Shown one piece after another: positions 28,254-39,931 of a DNA stretch of 64,000 nt (positions within the stretch are counted from its first letter, which is position 1; the number at the start of each line of letters is the position of its first letter). Origin of the DNA: Octopus sinensis (taxonomy: Eukaryota). Below the pieces are notes generated by a model. It had not been told where the DNA came from and did not search any database. It worked only from the letters and a program-made list of their open reading frames with translations. The DNA lies in NCBI RefSeq assembly GCF_006345805.1, contig NC_043009.1, positions 4,836,001-4,900,000 of the forward strand, written 5' to 3'. The position numbers were made by a program, and so were the translations under genes.

Positions 28254-28388
28254 ATATATATATATATATATATATAAATATGTAGGTCTCGGGTTGAGTC
28301 GGGGTTAACCACAGTAAATAAGGTACTCAATAAGTACATAATTAAGACGGACTTAATAGCAGAGTAAAGTAATTTATTTTATAGAAGG

Positions 28389-28439
28389 AGCTTCTACAGG
28401 ACTAGAACTGTTTCATTCCGATGAAATCTTCAGGAAGCT
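28389..28439 (-). ncRNA. Type I hammerhead ribozyme with complete core and stem III
   Basis: AGCTTC-CTGAAGA-TTTC-atcg-GAAT-GAAA-CAG-ttctagtc-CTG-TA|GAAGCT. 6-bp stem I; predicted GUA cleavage between 28395 and 28394; lies in a TA-adjacent element at ~28280-28760. Confidence 0.8.
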
Positions 28440-28938
28440 GGCTGTCAAAATAATTTCTGGTATTTATGCATTTAGGCAGATTTAATGGAGTGGTGGTGGC
28501 AGGGGGGACGTTTTTTGGGTAGGTTGGTATTTAGGAGATAAACAGGGCACAAGCTATTGTTCTTAGGGGAGTGATCAAAAGGCCAGAGTGTTTTTTGAAA
28601 TGAGAAGAATCAGTGAGAAAATAAATAAATGAATAAATAGAATAAATGAATAGAAACTCCAAGAATAGTATTTCAACAGATATATGGGATGGGATTTTAG
28701 GTAAATTAGAAGACAATTGCTTTTTGGTGGTCAGGAAGAGGTAGGCAGTTTGTTTTTGTTAGGTGGAGGGAATAAATAGATAAATATACATGAAAAACAT
28801 AAAAAATATAAAATAAGTATACATACGAACGCACATACATACACATACGAATATACATACATACGCACATATATATACATACATACATACACATATATAT
28901 ATATACATACACACACACATATATATATATATATATCT

Positions 28939-28969
<31 letters not shown>

Positions 28970-29182
28970 CATACATACACCTACATACTCACACACACGC
29001 ACACACAACATATATATATATATATATACACACACATACAAATACACATAAGTATACATACATAAATATACCCATGTACATATAAACATATACATAATTA
29101 TGCATATATAAACACATACATAATAATATATGTACACACAAACACACTCATAAATATATACACGCATATATAAACACATATG

Positions 29183-29249
<67 letters not shown>

Positions 29250-29254
29250 ATATA

Positions 29255-29305
29255 TCAGAGCCGCTGACGAGCCCTAATGTAAGTGCGAAATCACTGGTTA
29301 TCTGA
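29255..29305 (+). ncRNA. Type I hammerhead-like motif in a TA-flanked element (29248-29492)
   Basis: TCAGA-gccg-CTGACGA-GCCCT-aatgta-AGTGC-GAAA-TCACTGG-TTA-TCTGA. Confidence 0.5.
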
Positions 29306-29497
29306 CAATGCCCGGCGCTGAAGGACCTTGCCTCGCTTGTCAGTCATTAACATGGTGTTTAACGTGGCTATGAGCTGCTTTGACTGTTATTCCTAGCAAT
29401 ATGTACGCTGACTAATGCACTTATACGCTTTAGAGACGTATATATGTTTGCATTTCGTTTGAAAAATTACTAACAAACCACTCTTAGTATTGATATA

Positions 29498-29535
<38 letters not shown>

Positions 29536-29538
<3 letters not shown>

Positions 29539-29977
29539 ACGTATATTTGCCAACTCAATATGGCTACCCCTAAGGGTGGATGCTACTGTAGTTTTTAGCC
29601 CCAGGAGGACACACTCCTCCAGCTGGCCATCGACACACTTTCTGTGTCCTGTCAGTATTTGCAAAGGGAAGTCATCCTTCCCGTCTTCAACTTATGATAC
29701 ACACGGACTCGAGTTTCGAGGTATTGACCTCTCGTCAGCGTGTGACAATCATAGTTGTCGGCGAGAATTAGATTTCCTTCACAAATACTTATACTTTTTC
29801 CAGCGTCCACTGTCGCTGATATTGAAAAAGTGAAATCAAACAATGATAAATATCAAAGTGAGTTATATACAGTAGCGGTAACACAACGTGACGTATATTT
29901 GCCATCTCAATATGGCTACCCCTAAGGGTGGATGCTACTGTAGTTTTTAGCCCCAGGAGGACACACTCCTCCAGCTG

Positions 29978-29982
<5 letters not shown>
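29536..29982 (-). mobile_element. Retrozyme/pseudo-LTR-like element (family H3): 352-bp unit plus 95-bp terminal direct repeat
   Basis: 29536-29630 repeats almost exactly at 29888-29982; (TA)n on both sides; contains an intact HHR. Confidence 0.75.
29700..29744 (-). ncRNA. Canonical minimal type I hammerhead ribozyme
   Basis: CACACG-CTGACGA-GAGGT-caat-ACCTC-GAAA-C-TCGA-G-TC|CGTGTG. Perfect stems I and II, intact core, palindromic ACTCGAGT stem III, GUC site (cut between 29706 and 29705). Confidence 0.9.
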
Positions 29983-30018
<36 letters not shown>

Positions 30019-30020
<2 letters not shown>

Positions 30021-30101
30021 AGAGAAAGAGGGAAAGGGAGAGAAGAGGGAAAGGGAGAGAAAGAGGGAAAGGGAGAGAAAGAGGGAAAGGGAGAGAAAGA
30101 G
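30019..30101. repeat. Purine-only 18-bp minisatellite (AGAGAAAGAGGGAAAGGG)n
   Basis: About 4.5 units, read directly. Confidence 0.8.
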
Positions 30102-30112
30102 AGCGAGAGATA

Positions 30113-30575
30113 CAGGGTAATTGAAAAGTAACTCCCTATTTTAAAATACTTATAGTTTATACATTAACTCTAATTTTTAGAAAAATAAAGGAATATGTGA
30201 AGAAAGCATATACCATGGATTGTTATTTAAAATTCGATATTGGCACCAGGATTCGAAACCAGCTCCTCAAGCTGCCTGGGAACCGTTTCAACTGATTTCA
30301 TCAAGAACTCTTGTGATGGTGGAAGACAACTTCTCGTATTCGCCTTTCAAGTTCTTCCAAAGTCATTGGTTTAGTAGGGTAGACTTTCTCCTGTTACCAA
30401 CCCTGAAGCAAAATGTGAAGCAAGTTGTGAAATCAGGGTTTCTGGCCCGCCAAAAATGTGGACATGGACGAACAATTCATCAGCCACGGAAGTGGACAGC
30501 CAGCTATTCATGAACAACAATCGCAAAATGTGGAGGAGCGCCATCTTCCATAAAAATCAAATTTTCAATATACTC
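30113..30575 (-). mobile_element. Tc1/mariner transposon 3' part with TIR
   Basis: Minus strand IFMEDGAPPHFAIVV...HFWRARNPDFTTC (QDGAPPH and WPARSPDL motifs, with stops); TIR TA|CAGGGTAATTGAAAAGTAACTCCCTATTTT. Confidence 0.8.
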
Positions 30576-30585
30576 CCAAGTACTG

Positions 30586-30662
<77 letters not shown>

Positions 30663-30671
30663 TGTGTGTGT

Positions 30672-30977
30672 GTGGAGGTACATAGCCTAGTGGTTAGAGC
30701 AGGGGACACGCGGTTTCGAATCTCAGACCGGGCGATGTGAGTGTTTATGAGCGAAACACCTAAGCTCCACGCGGTTCTGGCAGAAGGTAATGGCGAAACT
30801 TCTGCTGACTCTTTCACCACAACTTTCTCTCACTCTTTCCTCCTGTATCTGGCAGCTGACCTGCGACGGACCGATGTCATGTCCAGGTGGGGAACAAATA
30901 CGCCAAGGAAACATGGAAACCAGCCCTATTAGCCAGTAGTGGCTCGAGACGGAACAAGCAACAACAACAACAACAAC
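30672..30977 (+). mobile_element. SINE family D
   Basis: GTGGAGGTACATAGCCTAGTGGTTAGAGC head; (CAA)n tail. Confidence 0.85.
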
Positions 30978-31156
30978 ATATATATATATATACATAATTC
31001 CAAGAGAGTGAAAAGTTGTGAATCCCACCAATTAAGGGATAATATCTATCCAATATGCTGCTGGTAATATATTAATACACAAGTATTTTATCATTGCATG
31101 ACAATTACATTACCGAGTGCAATAAATGGGTGAGGGTACAAAGTTATTTTACCTTT

Positions 31157-31199
31157 AGGGGATCAAGAGGTGGCGATAAATATCACCTCTTGATCCCCT
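31157..31199. repeat. Perfect 16-bp inverted repeat
   Basis: AGGGGATCAAGAGGTG-gcgataaatat-CACCTCTTGATCCCCT. Confidence 0.85.
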
Positions 31200-31272
31200 C
31201 CATTTTCTTATTGCTGTATATATATAGATATATACATATATACACGCATATATACTTGTTTGTGTGTGACTG

Positions 31273-31583
31273 TGTGAAGTCACGTGACTTAGAGAATTCG
31301 TCTCATGAGCGTAAGGTCGTAAGTCCAATTCCGGTCGACACATTGTATTCTTGAAGGCGCTTTATTTCACGTTGCTCCTGTCCATTCAGCTGGCAGAAAG
31401 GAGTAGCACTTGTATTTCAAATGACCAGCCTTGTCACATTCTGTGTTACGCTGAATTTCCCTGAGAATGTTAAGGGTACACGTGTGTATGGAATGCTCAG
31501 CTACTTGCACGTTAACTTCATAAGCAGGCTATTTCGTTCGTCGGATGGACTGGAACCCACGTCATCGTAACCGACTGAGTGTT
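31273..31583 (+). mobile_element. SINE family C
   Basis: Collinear with 15925-16238. Confidence 0.8.
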
Positions 31584-31610
31584 TCAGATCATATATATAT
31601 ATACAGAAAA

Positions 31611-32040
31611 TTAGAAATATTGCATTTCTAAATCTCTCAGAGAGACTTTTACAGTAGAAGCACGATAAAGTGATGGTTTGTCAACTTAATGTGGTAGTTC
31701 CAGGAAATCTAAGAATGAATGCTACATCTATTTAGCCCCAGGGAACATCGTTTCCAGTTGGCTACGTGTCACAAGCGTTCTGTGTCCTTACGTTTTGAAA
31801 CAGGGGAGATGATCACCTCTATCTAGTAAAACCAGCAACCGGAGAATAGTTTCAGAGTTATTGTGCTTCATCAGTTTGGAGTAGCTTGGCTTCCTTGATG
31901 TCCATGCTAATTTTGTCTTTGAAAAATCATAGAATTTCAAGTGGAATAAATTCACTGATCTACAATTTTAGAAATATTACATTTCTAAATTTCTGAGAGA
32001 CTTATACAGTAGCAGACAGATAAAGTGATGGTTTGTTGAC
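31611..32040 (-). mobile_element. Older family H3 element: ~357-bp unit with terminal repeat and decayed HHR (31839-31879)
   Basis: 31611-31685 repeats at 31968-32040; ATGCTAC..TTTAGCCCCAGG..TCCAG.TGGC..TTCTGTGTCCT shared with 29580-29650; minus strand CTGATGA...GAAAC. Confidence 0.6.
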
Positions 32041-32354
32041 AATGACAATAAGACCCCATTAATAGTGGCCTTAACTCCCACATTTTACAACTCCATGTGT
32101 TCCATGTGCTCCACTTTTCAGGAGCAAAAATCTTTGAATGGTGTTTATAAGATTTGGAGTTTGGAATCTGGGTATAAAGATAAGTAGTATGGGATAAATT
32201 TGTCATGATTAGGATTTTTGGTTGGGTGTGTAATGAGGGAAAGAACTCCCATTAAAATTCTTAATCTCCAATTTTGATGAAATTCGAATCATATATATTC
32301 CAGTTCATTAGAGAAAATATAAAAGAAAACTTTTATTTCTTAAATTTCATGTGA

Positions 32355-32382
32355 CACGGACACCGCCGAGTATCTCTGCTAG
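32355..32382 (+). mobile_element. Isolated Helitron 3' end
   Basis: CACCGCCGAGTATCTCTGCTAG|T. Confidence 0.4.
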
Positions 32383-32384
32383 TA

Positions 32385-32450
<66 letters not shown>

Positions 32451-32956
32451 ACACATTATATATATATATATACATTATACATACGCACATAGATAGAAAC
32501 GAAGGTACATATAGATATAACAATAGATGCATAAATAGATGGATAGATAGATAGCTTGACACATACATGCAAACATACGTACATACATACATATATACAT
32601 ACATACATGCATACGTAAATACACAAACATAAAAGCCAGATGACCAAATATGAAGCTAATAGGGAATAGAACAGAATCATGATATTTGCCTTTACAAACT
32701 TTCTTTTAAATTAAATATTAGAGTTTCAGAAAGTGGAAAAGAGTCGCCCTAAGCATTTATAAAACAAACAATGAAGAAAAAAGGACAGCATGTCACACCA
32801 TGTAAAATCTCGATTTGAATATTTTGCATTGCACAAGAAATCTTTTGGGTGAGATACTTTTGTCACATTCAGCCTTTCTCCCCTCCAAAACTTCCTCCCT
32901 CTTAATGCACAATGCTACGCCCCTCGGACGCCCTACGCCATTGTCACTCTCTCTTC

Positions 32957-33000
<44 letters not shown>

Positions 33001-33194
33001 CAGCATTTCTTTGCTGAGAATGAATGTATATATATATAAATATATATATACCCAATTGCATATGTATATATGCATACATATATATAAACATACATACACA
33101 TATATGTGTATGCAAACTTGTTCATATATATATATGCACACATACACAAATACATACATATATAAATATATATATATAGGTATATAGGTATATA

Positions 33195-33239
<45 letters not shown>

Positions 33240-33661
33240 GTATATATATATGTGTGTGTGTGTATATATATATATGTATATATATACGCATATATGTGTG
33301 TGTGTGTATGGGTGGGTGTAATCATGTAATATATTGCGTAACATTCGTTTCTAAAGTTGTAGGATTTTATTTATGCTATTTTACTCAATTTTTGAAAACA
33401 ACCTCGAATGATGTTTTTTGGTTTAACATAGCTTCTTTTCAGGTGTATATTGTTTTATTTCTACTTATTTTCCCCTAAAACAGGGCAATTATATTTTTTA
33501 TTCGTAATTTAGTTTATTTCGTTATTTTGCGAATTTGTACCATTTCCAGCATCATTGCAGCGTCCCGGGCAAACACTGATGCCATCATTATATTCGCTTG
33601 TCTTTACAATAGGGACAGCCTCTTCTCAATACATAAATACATACATATGTATATTTGTATA

Positions 33662-33734
<73 letters not shown>

Positions 33735-33843
33735 TATACATATACATATACACGTATACATATGTATGTATGTTTGTATGTATGTAGGTATTAAGGAGAG
33801 GCTGTTCCTATTGTAAAGGCATACATATGTATATGTGTATATG

Positions 33844-33899
<56 letters not shown>

Positions 33900-34189
33900 C
33901 AGACACATAATATATGTATTCGCGCGCACACACAGCCACCTAACGTATAATTGCATATATGGAGATTGTGTGTCCGCTGTGTGTATGTTTGTTAATATGA
34001 GAGAAAGAATGTGTACGTGTGCGTGTGTATGTTGATGATCCTTAGAAACATCAGCATCCCAATCGCACTAACCGCATCCACCAAATATCATTATCATTCC
34101 TCCTACATTTTATCTTGTATATATTTGGCCATCGCTTATTATCAAACATTGCTGCAATCATCGGTGTCATTACGCTCCATCACCGGCAT

Positions 34190-34204
34190 TACCACCATCA
34201 TCAC

Positions 34205-34239
<35 letters not shown>

Positions 34240-34453
34240 CCACCATCATCATCATAACCACCACCACCATCATCATCACCATCATCATCACCACCATCAT
34301 CATCATAACCACCACCACCACCATCATCATCACCACCATCATCATCATCACCACCACCACCACCACCACCATCATCATCATTATCATCACCACCACCACC
34401 ACCACCACCACCACCACCACCATCACCACCACCATCATCATCATCATCATCAC
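34190..34453. repeat. (CAT/CAC)n compound microsatellite
   Basis: Direct reading; source of the poly-His and poly-Ile/Thr ORFs. Confidence 0.95.
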
Positions 34454-34937
34454 GTACACCTGTATCATCACGATTATATCTAAGAATGTTTGTTTGTTTG
34501 TTTTTTTTGTTATTATTATTATCATTATTTTATTATTTTTGCTTCTCATCATCATTTTCATCATCTACATATTCTACACAAGAAATAAGATGATGAAATC
34601 GCGAAAAAAATAAAAACAAAAAAAAACAACAAAAAATAAAGCAGAGATGTAAATTTTCAAAAGTAAAAGAAAAAGTTGAAAATATTTACTAAATTGTATC
34701 TATTCGAAGAAGAGCAAATTGACCTAGTCATAATTTCCATTACGTAACGTTCAAATCTTCGCACATACACTCACTCACACACACACACGTGTATAAGGGC
34801 GTACTCACTCACACAGATAAATAAGCCTACATACATACAGACAAAGAGACACAAGATATCATATACATGTATCCACTTACATATGTATTCCATACATTAG
34901 ATGCGCATATACATATACACATATATATGTATATGTC

Positions 34938-34971
<34 letters not shown>

Positions 34972-35015
34972 CATACATATATATACATACCTTATATATA
35001 CATATATATATATAC

Positions 35016-35069
<54 letters not shown>

Positions 35070-35121
35070 GTATATATAATATATATTATATATATATATA
35101 TTATATATAATATATATATAG

Positions 35122-35153
<32 letters not shown>

Positions 35154-35340
35154 GTTTTTAATTAAGTGTATGCACGAACTACTCTATGCATGTACACTAT
35201 TTAAAATTTAGCCTTCGGTTAGCGGCCTCTGAATCCCAGTAATTTTAACCAATCATAATATCCCAGGAGATGGCACTAAGAATCGGTAATAACATGCAAG
35301 AGTTTAAGGAAGAGAGGAAAAAATACATAAAATAATACAC

Positions 35341-35388
<48 letters not shown>

Positions 35389-35785
35389 GCATATATATAT
35401 ATGTATATATATATGACCGTTTTGTGCCGTATTTATATATTACATCACATGTGTGTCTGTGTAGCAAAATAATGATAAGAAAACAAGGATGTAAAATTAT
35501 GAAGAAACGAAAAGAGTGGAAGACACGAAAGAAGGTTAACAAGATAGACGAAATATATAGAATCACAAGATGAATTACTTTGCGGATTCTTGCTGCATAT
35601 TTTAGCAGAAGATAATCCTATTGTAGAGACTAGGTTATTTTTCCAAAATTCTTTTTCTTATGATATACGTTTTCCCCAAACACTAACAATAATAGCATAA
35701 CATTTTCTTAACTTTTCTTTCTGATGTTTCTTTTTTTATTCCTCTTACAATGCAAGTTCTTCATATATATATATATGTATTTATG

Positions 35786-35844
<59 letters not shown>

Positions 35845-36356
35845 TATATATATATATGTACATGTGTGTGTGTGTGTGTATATATGTACACACGCACACT
35901 CACAAACACATACACACAAAGACACACACACACATACTCTCTCTCTATATATCTCTCTCTTATGTATATGTAAGCCTTGTTATGTTTCAATGTGTATACG
36001 TATTAAATATTTTATATTTTTAGTGTTTCTAGAACCGGTGAATTGCGTCAGAATCATGGGAAGATAATTGAATAAAAATTGCAAATAAATAAGAAATTTG
36101 CTTTTATTTATTTCGCCATTGCAAAATAAAACGAAAATCAAAATCAAACCAAAATGTCAAAAAAATAAAGCAAAAAAAAAAAGAAGCAAAAGTGGAAATG
36201 TATTACAAGAGAAGAGAAAAAAAAATTACTATTTTCAGCAATTTTACTTCTTATGTTGTAAATTTGAAATATTTATGTGTTATGTCATCCTTATTTCGTG
36301 TATGTATGTATATATCAATATTTATATGTATGTATGTACATACGCATATGTATATA

Positions 36357-36501
<145 letters not shown>

Positions 36502-36910
36502 TACGATGGAGAAGGTGAAATTGAGGAGAGAGGAAATTTGCTATGGAGCGATAAGTATAAAATAGATAGACGGACTGGTAGTTAGAGAGATAAATATAAT
36601 GCATGAATTCGACTTAGCTCTATTTTCCTTTTTCTTTTTTGTATGTGTGTGTGTGTTTTATTTAGTTAGATATCAGCACTTTCTAGGGTTTTAAAGCGTA
36701 TTTGTAAAACAGTAAAATATCCAAACTGAATGAAAAAAGGAACGCCACAATACGCTGGAACGTTGATTTTGCTGAATTGCCAAATTTTTTAGAGAGTCTA
36801 TGTCATGCCCTTTTATAGCATAACCCTGTTTTAATTCTAACAAACAGTGTCACAGCCATTTACAGACACAAATGTATACCACTGCGTGTAATTATATATG
36901 TGTGTCTGTT

Positions 36911-37069
<159 letters not shown>

Positions 37070-37229
37070 GCCTAGTCGCTTAGCCAGCGGAGTGGCGTCT
37101 TTTGAAGCCTAAAACAATGCAAGGCGCATTGTGACCAGCGATGTGTAGCTGCATCTGATGGCCTGTTCGGTCACAGTGATCACAGTGATCACGGTGATAT
37201 ATATATATATATATATATGTGTGTGGGTG

Positions 37230-37445
37230 TGTGTGTGTGTGTATGTTTGTGTGTCTGTGTTTTTCCCCTCAACATCGCTTGACAGCCGATTCTGTTGTGT
37301 TTACGTCCCCGTAATTTAGCGGTTCGGCAAAAGAGAACCGATATAATAAGTACTAGGCTTACAAAGAATAAGTCCTGGGGTCGATTTTCTCGACTTAAGG
37401 CAGTGCTCCAGCATGTCCACAGTCAAATGACTGAAACAAGTAAAT
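37230..37445 (+). mobile_element. SINE family A, 3' half
   Basis: CATCGCTTGAC...GGTTCGGCAAAAGAG...CAGTCAAATGACTGAAACAAG. Confidence 0.8.
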
Positions 37446-37457
37446 ACATACATATAC

Positions 37458-37515
<58 letters not shown>

Positions 37516-37566
37516 ACAATCCCTCTCTTTAGGCACTGAGCAATCCCTCTCTTTACTCAGTGCCTA

Positions 37567-38172
37567 AAACATCGTGCAAAGTATGTAAGTAGCGATCGTG
37601 ATACCCACCACGAAGAAATGATCAACTCAATAACGATCTGTTAAGCAACAGCTACCCCCAAAACCATACTATCCACTCCAATTATGAAGGAGAGAGAGGA
37701 TGAGGCAAAAAACTGTCCAGTCTGTCTACGATTTGTGAAAGGCCTCTTCGAAAATATACAAAAGTTATGCGGCCCATATGACATCAGGATAGTATTCAAG
37801 AGTAATACGACACTTCGCAAATATCTCCTTCGAGTAAAACCACCAATAGAAGAGAACATGACCAAAGTCTGCGTTTACTCCATTCCGTGCAGCTTTGGTA
37901 GGTTATACAAAGGTGAAACATGCCGCCCCCTCAAAATAAGGGTAGACGAACATCGCATAGCTGTAACGCGAGGAGATATTGATAAATCGGGAATAGCTGA
38001 TCATGTATGAAAAAATGGATGAAGTTAAAATAATTGACGGAGAACACCACTGGAAAATACGAAAACTAAAAGAAGCAGCACATATACTAGGACACAGCAA
38101 CCTCCTAAGCAGACCGAGTGCAGATATGAGCAGCAAATGGGAACCGGTATTAGAAAGGATAGAAAAATATTA
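37567..38172 (+). pseudogene. Penelope-like element: RT thumb plus GIY-YIG endonuclease remnant
   Basis: CVYSIPCSFGRLYKGETCRPLKIRVDEH...KSGIADHV and KIRKLKEAAHI match the PLE GIY-YIG consensus; frameshifts and stops present. Confidence 0.85.
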
Positions 38173-38194
38173 GATTTATGAGCTCTAAAATTCA

Positions 38195-38265
38195 CTCCAT
38201 AACAGTAGTTAAGAGCGCGGGCTACTAAGCCCAAGATTCCGAGTTCGATTCCAAGCACTGACCTG
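38195..38265 (+). promoter_or_regulatory. tRNA-derived segment with Pol III A/B-box-like motifs in the PLE 3' region
   Basis: GTAGTTAAGAGC-GC-GGGC-TACTAA-GCCC-AAGATTCC-GAGTTCGATTCC. Confidence 0.45.
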
Positions 38266-38442
38266 AACAACAACAGCACCAACAACAACAACACCACCAC
38301 CATCACCACCACCACCAACAACAACAACAACATCAACAACACCAACAACAACACCACCACCATCACCATAATAATAATAGTAAGAAGAATAATGATAATA
38401 ATAATAACAATAACAATAATAATAATAATAATAATTATAGTA

Positions 38443-38485
<43 letters not shown>

Positions 38486-38492
38486 TAATAAC
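38266..38492. repeat. (CAA/CAC)n-(TAA)n microsatellite
   Basis: Direct reading. Confidence 0.9.
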
Positions 38493-38540
38493 ATCGAAAA
38501 ATACCATAAGAATGAGAAGCCAGGTTCGAAATTTCCCGAA

Positions 38541-38584
38541 AACACCTGAAGAAGGCTGAAGGGTATATCAGGCGAAACGTGATG
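38541..38584 (+). ncRNA. Hammerhead motif in the PLE tail (3' strand of stem I missing in this copy)
   Basis: AACAC-CTGAAGA-A-GGCTGA-agggtata-TCAGGC-GAAAC-GT, ~370 bp downstream of the GIY-YIG remnant on the same strand. Confidence 0.6.
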
Positions 38585-38614
38585 AGGACAAATATCCGTC
38601 GAATGTAAATAATG

Positions 38615-39085
38615 TAAATAAAGCCTACGTTTATTCGATCCATTCACATATGTTATGGATTTCTCAATTACTTTCCATTTAATCACATGTGGTGTTTGGC
38701 TACCTTTCAAAGACCAGACGTGGCTAACCACTTAGTTGCTTTATTTTGTCCCTATGATAAAGGAGGATATGTGATTGGTTAAGCGATTTTTAATTTCACC
38801 TTCACATAGGTTTTCTTATTAGTTGTATTATTATTATTTAGGATTGCAGTAACCTCTGCTTGATATATAATAGATTTAATCATACACCGTTGGTCAAGTG
38901 GACAAGATGATGGTTTGCGACAGTAGCAGCTGGATAGAGATATTCTTCATATTGGTGCAGGAGCTAAACGATAATTTCACAGAACACCTATCAAATATTT
39001 TCTTGTCCCTGTGAGTTGCTGGAAAGTGTTTGTCTAGCGAAGACAGGAATCTTTTACCTATGTTAGTTTTTATATTTAGGGAAAT
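38615..39085 (-). pseudogene. Second PLE (Naiad-like): linker plus GIY-YIG remnant
   Basis: IKTNIGKRFLSSLDKHFP..KIFDRCSVKLSFSSCTNMKNI; CYCRKPSSCPLDQRCMIKSIIYQAEV; SHVWSLK...IKWKVIEKS..Y.NGSNK. Confidence 0.8.
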
Positions 39086-39199
39086 GGATATAAAGTAGCA
39101 TAGTGACGAACTATTTGATGTATGGAGTCATAATATTGTGCTGACATATGTGATCTTGTGGGCTTATTTATATTAAAGACAATGAGATATAGAAGCCAT

Positions 39200-39490
39200 C
39201 TCATGACGTTGCCTATACCACGACGACGGTTTAGGTATTTCCCATGAATGTGATGGATTTAGAAAGCAACTTATTTCCAACTTTAATTAACGAGGACTTA
39301 AAATTACAATAGCTACTAATCTCTCTATAATTGATTATTTACAAGTTCCCTAGAACTAAACTCCTCGTATAAACCTTTCCGTAAGCCTAATGAGAATCTC
39401 GCATATATACATAACCAGTCTTGTCACCCTCCTGTAATATCTAAAAACCTGAGAGCCAATATTAGCAACAGGGTATCTAACAAATGCTCG
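39200..39490 (+). pseudogene. PLE (Naiad-like) reverse transcriptase C-terminal remnant
   Basis: LYHDDGLGI (YxDD), GLKITIATN, YKPFRKPNENLAYIHNQSCHPP..KNL..NISNRVS. Confidence 0.8.
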
Positions 39491-39791
39491 TGTTTTGCAC
39501 ATAAAATCTTTTCTCAACATTTGTTCAAAATATTAGATATTCCGTAAATTTTCAGCGCAATCATACGTTCATCAAATTTGAAGAAACAAAAAACTGGAAC
39601 TGTGGCGCGACTGCCAGATATTTAGAAGCACTGCTAAGCTATGACTCTTCATTTCACATTTTATTCAAGCGGTTAGAAAAGTTTATTCGTCGTTACCTTC
39701 AAATGTAATATTTTGGCAGGTAATTTTTTTACAACTATTTTAGCTTAGACATGACAGTCTGTTATTTAGGTCCTGTAACAAACCTTGATAA

Positions 39792-39822
<31 letters not shown>

Positions 39823-39931
39823 TGTATGTATGTATGTGTATGTATGTATGTATGTATCTGTGTGTGTATTAAATGACAGAGAATTATAATTTAGAATAGG
39901 ATGCCAGTTGTCATTGTAAAGGCAATCGACT

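Noticed and set aside
34011-34613. Poly-His and poly-Ile/Thr ORFs
   Set aside because: (CAT/CAC)n microsatellite open in several frames; no domain or splice support.
38195-38265. Possible tRNA gene
   Set aside because: No proper acceptor stem and an irregular anticodon loop; treated as a tRNA-derived repeat segment. The same applies to all SINE heads.
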